Shown here in pieces: positions 10,176 through 18,059 of a DNA stretch of 64,000 bases (positions are counted from its first letter, which is position 1; every line of letters starts with the position of its first letter). The DNA is from an uncultured bacterium (GTDB lineage: Bacteria > Patescibacteriota > Saccharimonadia > Saccharimonadales > UBA4665). The notes beneath the pieces were generated by a model that was given only the letters and a program-made list of their open reading frames with translations, had not been told where the DNA came from and did not search any database. Made by a program: the position numbers and the translations under genes. The stretch lies in the NCBI GenBank assembly GCA_963721475.1, contig CAVRJI010000002.1:593451-657450 (forward strand), read 5' to 3'.

Positions 10176-10408
10176 GGTAGCTGCGAACGCTGCCCAAACT
10201 CTACATATAGCGTTTTTTACAATATAGACGCCCTGTTCGTACTGTACAATAAAGGTATTAACAACGTGATTCATGGTGAGTGGAAGTACGTGTAACTCGT
10301 ACGCTGTGCCGCAACGGTAACGAGCTTTAGCTCCAAGCCCGATACGCGCTCCATGAAGGCATCCCGAGCAGGATTATCAAACAACACCTAGACAGGTGCT
10401 CTTTGAGG

Positions 10409-10444
10409 ACACCCGCTCGGAAAAACCAAAAGCGGGTGTTTTTA
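10409..10444 (+). terminator. intrinsic terminator ending one nt before the 10446 start codon
   Basis: 9-bp stem acacccgct/agcgggtgt with a 13-nt loop, followed by TTTTT. Confidence 0.7.
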
Positions 10445-10445
10445 T

Positions 10446-11981
10446 ATGGGGGAAGCAGCAAGACAGTGGGGAGAGTATACCTCGGCGCCAGTACAGGAGT
10501 CGGTTGTTTTGCCTGTGGACCAGCTGGCTCATGAGCGATGGTCGCAGCATCGATTCCAGCGGTGGATGGGCGGTATTGTAATGCCGCAGGCCGTTGAAGT
10601 GCCTCCCGTGGGCGACATCGCCAATGATTCGTCGCCAGCAGAGGCACCTGCCCCGTCGACGGTTGCTGAGGTCAGCTTGCGTGAACGTCTCCAGCGTACA
10701 GAACAAGGTGACCCCGAGGCTCAAAAAAGCAGCCGGACCAATATACATACGACAGTCATAGAAACTATCTTTAAGGCTGGCCATATTACACGCACGAGCT
10801 CGGAAATTGCCCAAGATGGCAGTTGGGGGCAATACGGTCAGTCATACGACTCAATCTATCGTAATTCGTTGGAGCGTGGTCGACAGCCGCCACGCATGCT
10901 CAGGCGCACGAAGATCGAAGCGCTTAATATGCACCGCATGGTGGATTGCGCCCGGGCGGGACTGCTTGAAGATAATCATTTTGTGGTTTTTTCGCTTGTC
11001 CACGATGACCAACCAGCAGAGATTATCAAAGAAGACAATTTCTTCACCCCAACCTTGTCGCTGAGTATCCAGGCGACATCTACAGAGCAAGGCCAAGTTG
11101 AAACGCAAACGGCTTTTTTGGCGGGTATGCAGCCATTTGACGAGGATCCATTTAAGCCTGCTAGTGAAAACCTTGCCGGACTCAATGCTGCCATGACCAA
11201 CCGTTTTGATATATCGACTGTTCGTAATATGTACAAGCAATGGGGGATCGCCCACGCAGAAGATATGTCGGTGATTGATCTACTGTCCACGCCGCTTCTT
11301 GTGCCTAAAGACACCATGCCTCATGGCGTTTCCAGCCTTGCCCGCCAGTATGACCAGATTCTAGGCCGTGATACATTTTTTGGCACGTCCAATGAGTCCC
11401 ATGATTATGGTACATTTGCCGATTACTGCGCCACCCGCGAACAACAATATGCATCGATAACGGATGATGTACTCCACGATTTATTGCAAGAGGTTGAATC
11501 TTTTGCGGACGATTTCCAGGCAAACCAGCGCATGCAAGATTTGGTAGATCAATATACTAACCGGCGGGCGACAAAGGATACTTCTATTGATGCTCGCAAC
11601 TTCGGCGCTTTATCAGCTGTATCTATCGAGCAGGCTCGTGTTAGCTTCGCCAGAGGTGATATGTATGCATATTTTATGCATGCCTCGCACGCCCTTGCCA
11701 CGTCCGTAACGACAGCATGTGGTATTAAATCGAGCGCCAAGGGCGGTAGTGGCGACAGCATTTTTGATTCGCTTCGGAGCCTACTTGATCCACAGGACAA
11801 ATCCGATGCGGAAAAAGAGTATGCTGGCCCAGAAAAGGATTCAGTCATGAAGTGCGTTAAATGTCCACTATGTAAAAAGGATGGAGTCGATGCGAACATC
11901 AAGATACATCGGGCTGAGCGTAAAAAAGTGATCACTTGTTCCTCGTGTCGGCAGTCAAAACAGTATGACCTGGCAGGGTAG
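10446..11981 (+). CDS. hypothetical protein with C-terminal CxxC...CxxC zinc-ribbon
   Basis: 511-aa uninterrupted ORF with no TM helix. The C-terminus reads CVKCPLCKK-x19-CSSCRQ. The start is uncertain; in-frame ATGs further downstream are possible. Confidence 0.65.
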   Translation: MGEAARQWGEYTSAPVQESVVLPVDQLAHERWSQHRFQRWMGGIVMPQAVEVPPVGDIANDSSPAEAPAPSTVAEVSLRERLQRTEQGDPEAQKSSRTNIHTTVIETIFKAGHITRTSSEIAQDGSWGQYGQSYDSIYRNSLERGRQPPRMLRRTKIEALNMHRMVDCARAGLLEDNHFVVFSLVHDDQPAEIIKEDNFFTPTLSLSIQATSTEQGQVETQTAFLAGMQPFDEDPFKPASENLAGLNAAMTNRFDISTVRNMYKQWGIAHAEDMSVIDLLSTPLLVPKDTMPHGVSSLARQYDQILGRDTFFGTSNESHDYGTFADYCATREQQYASITDDVLHDLLQEVESFADDFQANQRMQDLVDQYTNRRATKDTSIDARNFGALSAVSIEQARVSFARGDMYAYFMHASHALATSVTTACGIKSSAKGGSGDSIFDSLRSLLDPQDKSDAEKEYAGPEKDSVMKCVKCPLCKKDGVDANIKIHRAERKKVITCSSCRQSKQYDLAG

Positions 11982-11986
11982 CTAAT

Positions 11987-12016
11987 TTGACAAGCACAAG
12001 CATTGTTTGCTAGAAT
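11987..12016 (+). promoter_or_regulatory. sigma70-like promoter (TTGACA-18-TGcTAGAAT)
   Basis: Consensus -35 at 11987-11992 and an extended -10 at 12008-12016, directly after the stop of the 511-aa ORF and facing a gene-free gap. Confidence 0.5.
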
Positions 12017-12022
12017 GATCAG

Positions 12023-12270
12023 CATTGTCTAAGGGAATCGAGAAGCCCTTGAGCGAGAGACAAAAACAATCAATAAAATAAAATGAGGTGAAAGCACGAA
12101 AACCACTGCTTAGTGGTTGTTTGCTTTCGGGAGATGAGACAGATGCCTGTCAAAATCAAAGTCATACATTCCCGTCCTGCTCGGGTGGCTGTTACTGTGC
12201 GCCGACCGAGTTGGCAGGAGTTTATAACCTACTAAACAAAAAGACCGCTTTACGAGGGCGGTCTTTTTGT
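12023..12270 (+). ncRNA. candidate structured non-coding RNA, class unknown
   Basis: ~250 nt between the promoter-like element and an intrinsic terminator, in the gap between convergent genes. Nested helices are visible (gaaagca...tgctttc enclosing aaccact/agtggtt; tcctgc-tcgg...ccga-gcagga). The only long ORF runs through the terminator. Confidence 0.3.
12237..12270. terminator. bidirectional intrinsic terminator
   Basis: Stem aagaccgc/gcggtctt flanked by an A-tract and TTTTTGTTT. Lies just downstream of the dsbA-like stop on the minus strand. Confidence 0.8.
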
Positions 12271-12292
12271 TTAGGGCTGTGTATTTAGCCTG

Positions 12293-12919
12293 TTAGCTCT
12301 GCTTTTTGGCGAGTTCTGCATCAAGCAGTTTTTTGAAGGCATCAACGGTGTTGTTGGGGCTGATCTTCTTGCCATTCAAGAAGAAGGTTGGCGTTGCCTT
12401 CGGGTTGCCAGTCTTGTCGAAGGCGGCGATGTCGGCATTAATCAAGTCGTTAACCGCGCCGCTACTATAGTCCTGGCCAAACTTGGTCGTATCTAAGCCA
12501 AGCTGCTTTGCGTATTGCTCGAAGATTGACTTCGGATTACTTTCGGAAGACCAGGCTTCCTGGGTCTGGTAAAGCATGTCGTGCATTTCCCAGAATTTCC
12601 CCTGCTTGTTGGCGGCCTCCGCGGCCCGAGCACCGGCAATGGCGTTCTGGTGAATCTGGCTGAGTGGCAGGTTGCGGAATTGGAACTGAATACGATCTTT
12701 ATATTGGTCAACAACTTCTTTTACTATTGGGTAATAACTGCCACAGCCAGGACATTGGTAATCGCCATATTCGGTAAGGGTGATGCCGCTACTGGCGTTG
12801 CCCATGACGTGATTAGTCGGATTGACGTTCGATGACTTCGAATCGTCCTTATTGAATGCAAGAATTCCGATAAAAACCAGAATGATAGCGAGGATAACTC
12901 CCCAAAAACGCTTGTCCAT
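12293..12919 (-). CDS. DsbA-family thiol:disulfide oxidoreductase, membrane-anchored
   Basis: 208 aa with an N-terminal TM helix and the thioredoxin-fold active site YQCPGCGSYY. Confidence 0.85.
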   Translation of the reverse strand: MDKRFWGVILAIILVFIGILAFNKDDSKSSNVNPTNHVMGNASSGITLTEYGDYQCPGCGSYYPIVKEVVDQYKDRIQFQFRNLPLSQIHQNAIAGARAAEAANKQGKFWEMHDMLYQTQEAWSSESNPKSIFEQYAKQLGLDTTKFGQDYSSGAVNDLINADIAAFDKTGNPKATPTFFLNGKKISPNNTVDAFKKLLDAELAKKQS

Positions 12920-13055
12920 TATGCCAAGTTCCTCTTTAGATAGCCTTAGTATACAACGAATAGTTAGTAATAGGGCTTCTTTTTTGGCGGATTCCTCTAT
13001 ACCTTCAGGTAAGTATAAGCTTTGTAAAAAGCGCTGTCAGTCGTAAGATGAAAGC

Positions 13056-14111
13056 ATGATACAGTTCCTTATTGCTATTGGTTTGATTGGTTTTGCGTTA
13101 GTACTGATAGCCCTTCGAAAGACCTATGAGGCTGTCCCGGCCAGGGAGCTTAAGCGGCAGGCTCAGCATGGCGATGAACTTGCTAAAGTATTGTATCGGG
13201 CAGTGGCATACGGAGGGAGCCTACATATTTTGCTATGGGCGACGACGATTATTGCGATCGCTTTGAGCTTTGCTATGTTAGCCCAGGTGGCACCCGCTCC
13301 ACTGGTATTTATTATGGAGGCCCTTGTGATCGGCTTCGCTTTTGTGTGGATTCCTCGGACTGACGTAACCCGCCTCGGCCTGCGATTGGCAATTTGGTGC
13401 ACGCCCAGTATTGTTTGGGTACTTTCCCGCACTTTCCCGGTATTCCACAAGGTTTCTCGTTTTGCTAGCCAGCAGCAGCCAATCGTGCAACACACGGGCA
13501 TTTATGAACGCGACGATTTACTAGCCCTTATTGAACAACAAAAAGCACAGCCCGATAGTCGTTTGTTGCCTCAGGAGCTGTCACTCGTTAAGCATGTCCT
13601 AGAATTCAGTGACAAGCGAGTGAGTGACATCCTTATTCCCAAGAAAGCAGTGCGTGCAGTTTCTCAGGACGATACGGTTGGTCCTATCCTGATGGGAGAG
13701 CTCCACGATAGTGGATTCACTGTATTCCCGGTATATTCTGGCGCCCAAGAGAAGATAGTCGGAACACTCTTTTTGCGCGATGTCGTCAGTGCAAAGCAAG
13801 GTGGCGCGATTAGCGATATCATGCGTCCTAAGATTAGCTATGTCCACGAAGAGTATCCCTTGGGGCAGATGATGCATGCCTTTCTAAAAACCAAGAGTCA
13901 GCTATTCGTCGTCTTGAATCGATTCGAAGAATATGTCGGCATCGCAACAGTCGAAGATCTTGTGGCACAAATCTTGGGCGGCAAAGTCGAGAGTGTTTTT
14001 GACCAATACGATGATCCGCAGGCCGTCGTGGCGCATATTGGCGGGCATCGCCGCAAAACCAAGAAAGCAGCAGATACGACGCCAGAAGAGTCTGAGCCCA
14101 CAAACTTGTAA
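13056..14111 (+). CDS. CNNM/CorC-type protein (DUF21 transmembrane domain plus CBS pair)
   Basis: 351 aa with 3-4 N-terminal TM helices, then a CBS-pair-like region (VSDILIPKKAVRAVS ... GIATVEDLVAQILG). Confidence 0.8.
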   Translation: MIQFLIAIGLIGFALVLIALRKTYEAVPARELKRQAQHGDELAKVLYRAVAYGGSLHILLWATTIIAIALSFAMLAQVAPAPLVFIMEALVIGFAFVWIPRTDVTRLGLRLAIWCTPSIVWVLSRTFPVFHKVSRFASQQQPIVQHTGIYERDDLLALIEQQKAQPDSRLLPQELSLVKHVLEFSDKRVSDILIPKKAVRAVSQDDTVGPILMGELHDSGFTVFPVYSGAQEKIVGTLFLRDVVSAKQGGAISDIMRPKISYVHEEYPLGQMMHAFLKTKSQLFVVLNRFEEYVGIATVEDLVAQILGGKVESVFDQYDDPQAVVAHIGGHRRKTKKAADTTPEESEPTNL

Positions 14112-14138
14112 ATACAGCTACTATGCCGTATAACCATT

Positions 14139-15611
14139 GTGATGAATAACTCTGACCGCAGCGGTCGCTCTCTGGACTATCTCGATCTCCGGCAGACTAA
14201 CTATCTCTACCTGCCCGAAGCAAAACCGCCGAGTGTGGCGGATTGTGCCCGACGCCTGCAGGTTTACGTGTCACCGCATGCACCAGTCGATGTGCCATAT
14301 GATAATAATCCGAGCCGCTATGTGGAGTATGTCCGTAAGCGAGTAGTGGAGTCTAGGTGGAGCACGCACATCTATTCAGAGACTGGCCGACATTACCGCT
14401 CCTCGCGCCACTGGGTTGATTATGACCAGGCCCGGCCGCTCGATCCTGTCATGCAGTATTGGTACGATTCTAACAGGGAAGAAGTAGCGGATATTAGACA
14501 GGGTCGAAATATCGAAGAGGACTTCTTTAAGGTGAGATATTTGCCGACATTCTCGACAATGGTCCGTACTGTCGCCCAGGCACCGCGAATAATGGCTGAC
14601 ATGCGGGCCGACCATTACCGCGACCAAGTTGCGCGGGGTATCCCCCAGAACCGCGAGATGCTTGATTCAGCCGTCAGACGGGGCGAATATACCAGTGCCA
14701 ATATCGCGGAAGCCACTCGCATAGTCGAGGAGTTTGACTACCGCATGTCTATGCCTGATTTTTGGCGTCTGGAAACCGACCAGCAGGATGAGATTATCGG
14801 GCATATCGGTAGGCAATGCCTCTATCTTTGGGATGCTGCCGCACGCTATGGCACAGTTGCACTCCTCGCCAGAGAGCGGGTCTTCCCTCACCCAATTAAC
14901 CAACTGGATGAGGTGCTATCGAGCGCCGATGGCCGAGAAAGGGCGCCAGAGGTTTTTGAAGCCTTCATGGCTAATCCAGCGGTATTTGCCAATATGTTGA
15001 AGCAAACCAGAGATGGTGAGCAGCAAGAGGTGCAGGGAGCTGATTTCCGAAAACTCGTACGTGGAATGGAGGTTGGTGAGGTGCTGCACCTTTCCGAGGG
15101 GTCAACTCCAATTGCGCGCAGGCAAATCCGCCAAGTGTTCGGAGAGTTTTCGATGATCGCCGCTCACCAGATTCGGTCCATGCACGAATACCCTGGGAAG
15201 GTAAAATTCGCGAATTGGCACACCGAAGAAACAGATATTGCCGAGCAACTTATTGGCAATCACTACGGCAATATTACGAACCTCCGCGTCCAGCGGGGAG
15301 CAGTGGATGATGCCAGTGCCAAGCGATTAGTGTACCAATGGAGGCCGCAATTTGTACCACTCGAGACCATACGTCGTTATATTGCGTCGGCTGATTTTAA
15401 GGTGGGTGGCCGTACTGTTCCAGCAGCTATAGAGTTTGCGGTATTTATGCGTCACAGTTCGCATGGTCCGCAATTGAATAAGGCAGTCATGGCACCGCGT
15501 GGTACGGACCAATACGAACGGTTGATGTACGAAGCGAGCAGCAAAGCACGTAACAGATATTATTGGAATGTTCTTCACGCCCGCCGAACATCACACGGAC
15601 CTAAACGCTAG
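14139..15611 (+). CDS. hypothetical protein (orphan, soluble)
   Basis: 490-aa uninterrupted ORF with a GTG/ATG start pair at 14139/14142. I recognise no motif. Confidence 0.65.
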   Translation: MMNNSDRSGRSLDYLDLRQTNYLYLPEAKPPSVADCARRLQVYVSPHAPVDVPYDNNPSRYVEYVRKRVVESRWSTHIYSETGRHYRSSRHWVDYDQARPLDPVMQYWYDSNREEVADIRQGRNIEEDFFKVRYLPTFSTMVRTVAQAPRIMADMRADHYRDQVARGIPQNREMLDSAVRRGEYTSANIAEATRIVEEFDYRMSMPDFWRLETDQQDEIIGHIGRQCLYLWDAAARYGTVALLARERVFPHPINQLDEVLSSADGRERAPEVFEAFMANPAVFANMLKQTRDGEQQEVQGADFRKLVRGMEVGEVLHLSEGSTPIARRQIRQVFGEFSMIAAHQIRSMHEYPGKVKFANWHTEETDIAEQLIGNHYGNITNLRVQRGAVDDASAKRLVYQWRPQFVPLETIRRYIASADFKVGGRTVPAAIEFAVFMRHSSHGPQLNKAVMAPRGTDQYERLMYEASSKARNRYYWNVLHARRTSHGPKR

Positions 15612-15773
15612 CTAAGGGTGTTTCCCATTGCTCGACAGAGGTGGTATAATAATCTGCAAGATGAAGATTCACGTACAAAACAATATGAATCAGCGGGTCG
15701 GCAACCACGTCTAGGCGACGTGTATTGCGAGCGACCCTTCTTCAGCCGATATCTGATACATAACGGAGCATAT

Positions 15774-17078
15774 ATGAAAATCTTAAGCAAAGACGTGTCG
15801 GCACATACCGGCGAAACTATTACCATCGAAGGGTGGGTCCACAAAAAGCGCTTACTCGGCGGCCTGACATTTATTAACGTTCGCGACCGCGGCGGCCTGG
15901 TCCAAGTCGTCATCAAAGACAAAGACGAAGTTGAAAAGCTGCGTGGTTTGCAAATCGGGACTATTCTGGCGGTTACCGGTACGGTAGTCGAGGAGCCGCG
16001 CGCCCCAGGCGGCGCAGAGCTTCACGATGCCACTCTGGATATAAAAGTTCCCGTAACAGAGGAGCCACCGGTCGAAATAGACAAACCCCTCAGCCATAAA
16101 TCAGACAATCTAGATACTTTATTCGAGCATCGCTCCATCGGTCTGCGCAACTTGCAAGAAACCAAGATCTTCAAGATTCGTTCCGAACTTTTGCGCTATA
16201 TTCGTGACTTTTTGTATAGCCAAGACTTTACTGAAATTAACACTCCAAAAATTGTTGCCGGTGATGCCGAAGGTGGCGCCGCAGTCTTTCGGCTTGATTA
16301 TTTCGGCAAAGAAGCTACTTTGGCCCAGAGTCCTCAGCTTTACAAGCAAATTATGGTTGGTGTTTTTGATCGTGTCTTCGAAATTGGCCCAGCGTTTCGT
16401 GCTGAGCTGTCTGCGACGACCCGTCACGTCTCTGAAGTTACGATGCTTGATGTGGAATTTGGCTTTATCGAAGGCCACGAAGATGTTCTAAACATGCTTC
16501 AAGAATTGGTATATAGCGTGATGACACGTTTGTACGAAGAGCGCAGTGCTGAACTCAAGAGCCTCAATGCCCCAGATCTGGTGTTGAAGCCAGAATTCCC
16601 TCGTTACAGCATGGCGGAAATCCACGAGATGTACCAGAAAGAAACGGGCAAGGACATGTCCGGCGAGCTTGATCTGACGCCCGAAGAAGAAAAGTGGATC
16701 TGTGAGTACGCCAAAAAGGAGCATGGCTGTGAGGCTGTGTTCGCCACTGGTTTACCGCAAAGCAAGATGAAGTTCTACCACATGAAGGGCGAAAATGGCA
16801 CGGCACGGTCGGCTGACTTGCTGTTCCGCGGCATCGAAATATCAACTGTTCCTCAACGTGAACACCGTTATGATGAACTCATTCAGCAAATGAAGGATGC
16901 CGGTGTCGACACCGAAGCGCCTGCCTTTGCGGCATATTTGGCGGCATTCCGTCACGGCTTGCCTGCTCATGGTGGCTTCGGCTTTGGCATCGATCGTCTG
17001 ACCGAAAAGGCAATTGGCCTCGGTAACGTCAAGGAAGCAATCCTGTTTCCCCGCGACATCAACCGCTTGGCGCCGTAG
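15774..17078 (+). CDS. aspS: aspartate--tRNA ligase, archaeal/type-2 form
   Basis: Start chosen at MKILSKDV. Has an OB anticodon-binding N-terminus, class II motif 2 FRAELSATTRHVSE and motif 3 GGFGFGIDRL. About 434 aa, the length of the archaeal-type enzyme. The ORF-track extension from 15618 looks non-coding. Confidence 0.9.
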   Translation: MKILSKDVSAHTGETITIEGWVHKKRLLGGLTFINVRDRGGLVQVVIKDKDEVEKLRGLQIGTILAVTGTVVEEPRAPGGAELHDATLDIKVPVTEEPPVEIDKPLSHKSDNLDTLFEHRSIGLRNLQETKIFKIRSELLRYIRDFLYSQDFTEINTPKIVAGDAEGGAAVFRLDYFGKEATLAQSPQLYKQIMVGVFDRVFEIGPAFRAELSATTRHVSEVTMLDVEFGFIEGHEDVLNMLQELVYSVMTRLYEERSAELKSLNAPDLVLKPEFPRYSMAEIHEMYQKETGKDMSGELDLTPEEEKWICEYAKKEHGCEAVFATGLPQSKMKFYHMKGENGTARSADLLFRGIEISTVPQREHRYDELIQQMKDAGVDTEAPAFAAYLAAFRHGLPAHGGFGFGIDRLTEKAIGLGNVKEAILFPRDINRLAP

Positions 17079-17097
17079 CCCCGCGGATTATATTGCA

Positions 17098-17132
17098 GAA
17101 AGGTCTGTTGGCGACGACAGACCTTTTATTTT
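17098..17132. terminator. bidirectional intrinsic terminator
   Basis: Stem aaggtctgt/acagacctt followed by TTTTATTTT. Overlaps the stop codon of the convergent glycosylase gene. Confidence 0.75.
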
Positions 17133-17767
17133 GGCTCGTTGTCGAGTGATTGCCAGATGTACCAGCAGGCGATGGATTCGTAAGGGTGCCACTGATAGCG
17201 CTGGGCGAGCATGCGAATATCATCTGGTGTTGGGTTATCCTCCAGGCCGTAAAGCTTCTTGATGCCGTTACGAATTCCGAGATCTCCCCAGGCTAGGACG
17301 TCGGTGCGCCCCATACAGAACATCAAAAACATATGCGCCGTCCATTCGCCGACACCTTTGACTGCCGTGAGCGTATCAATGACCTGTTGATTACTCATGG
17401 CATCGAGACCTTCAAAGCTCAAACGACCATCTACGACATGTTGGGCGAGGTCCTGGATATAGGCAACCTTAGGGCGACTGAGACCAACAGCTCGAAGTGT
17501 TTCAAGATCTTTGGCTAAGATTTGCTGCGGTGTCGGAAATGTATCGCCGAATAAATCACAAAACCGTTTGTTGATACTTGCTGCTGCTTTGACGCTGAGC
17601 TGCTGACCAATAATACTGCGCACCAGATCTTGATAATAGTTGGTGTGCGGCGAGATAGTACAAAGGCCGACAACGGCAATGACGTCGGCGAGATGCGGAT
17701 CGTGTGTGGCAAGGTGTGCGCTGGCTTTCTTGTGATTAGAAAGGCTCATAAGAGGATAGATAGGCAT
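17126..17767 (-). CDS. alkA: DNA-3-methyladenine glycosylase II-like HhH-GPD protein
   Basis: Start chosen at MPIYPLMS. Has the HhH motif LTAVKGVGEWTAHMFLMF and the catalytic-Asp region WGDLGIRNG. The 81-codon upstream extension in the track has no similarity. Confidence 0.8.
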   Translation of the reverse strand: MPIYPLMSLSNHKKASAHLATHDPHLADVIAVVGLCTISPHTNYYQDLVRSIIGQQLSVKAAASINKRFCDLFGDTFPTPQQILAKDLETLRAVGLSRPKVAYIQDLAQHVVDGRLSFEGLDAMSNQQVIDTLTAVKGVGEWTAHMFLMFCMGRTDVLAWGDLGIRNGIKKLYGLEDNPTPDDIRMLAQRYQWHPYESIACWYIWQSLDNEPK

Positions 17768-17848
17768 GCTATATCCATTATAGCGCTTTTTATTATTTCG
17801 GCCGCTGCGTAATTTTGCTAGAATGACACTACTATATAAGGAACGCAC

Positions 17849-17995
17849 ATGTCTGACAAAGAAACCACCGTGTCGACTACTGATAGACCGATTGTTGAAC
17901 CTGAACTTGAGCTGCCCGAACCAGTAGCCAGCGTCGCAAGACCACACAGACTGGCTCGAATCAGGCGATGGTTTCGGATTCGCCAAGAAGCGTAG
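17849..17995 (+). CDS. possible small ORF (48 aa), unannotated in the track
   Basis: MSDKETTVSTTDRPIVEPELELPEPVASVARPHRLARIRRWFRIRQEA. TGcTAGAAT box at 17813-17821 and AAGGAA 7 nt upstream of the ATG. Confidence 0.3.
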   Translation: MSDKETTVSTTDRPIVEPELELPEPVASVARPHRLARIRRWFRIRQEA

Positions 17996-18059
17996 TAGTG
18001 AATTATACATTCCTGCCTGCTAGTCAAGAATTCAGTGAATCGCTACACTATAGTGAGAT

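Noticed and set aside
10327-10832. Two overlapping minus-strand ORFs (106 and 151 aa) across the 10176-10445 gap and the start of the 511-aa gene
   Set aside because: Their sequences are Arg/Cys/Pro-rich and biased, they overlap each other and the long plus-strand ORF, and they cross a plus-strand terminator. No start signals are present.
12088-12288. 66-aa Cys-rich ORF in the convergent intergenic gap
   Set aside because: It uses a GTG start without an SD and reads through the terminator hairpin (12237-12270). A non-coding transcript or 3' UTR is more plausible.
15618-15773. N-terminal extension of aspS in the ORF track, and a possible T-box leader upstream of aspS
   Set aside because: The extension precedes the conserved OB-fold start MKILSKD and contains a promoter-like TGgTATAAT. 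I found no T-box core sequence (AAUUAGGGUGGUACCGCG-like) or specifier-loop architecture in the ~110-nt leader, so it is only a short hairpin-containing UTR.
17768-18010. Upstream extensions of several minus-strand genes in the ORF track (alkA-like to 18010, Mur ligase to 24425, HAD to 46323, rdgB-like to 50940, bcp to 61283) and of ftsB (36221)
   Set aside because: In each case the family-conserved N-terminus begins at an internal Met. The extension is compositionally odd or overlaps a neighbouring gene or tRNA.
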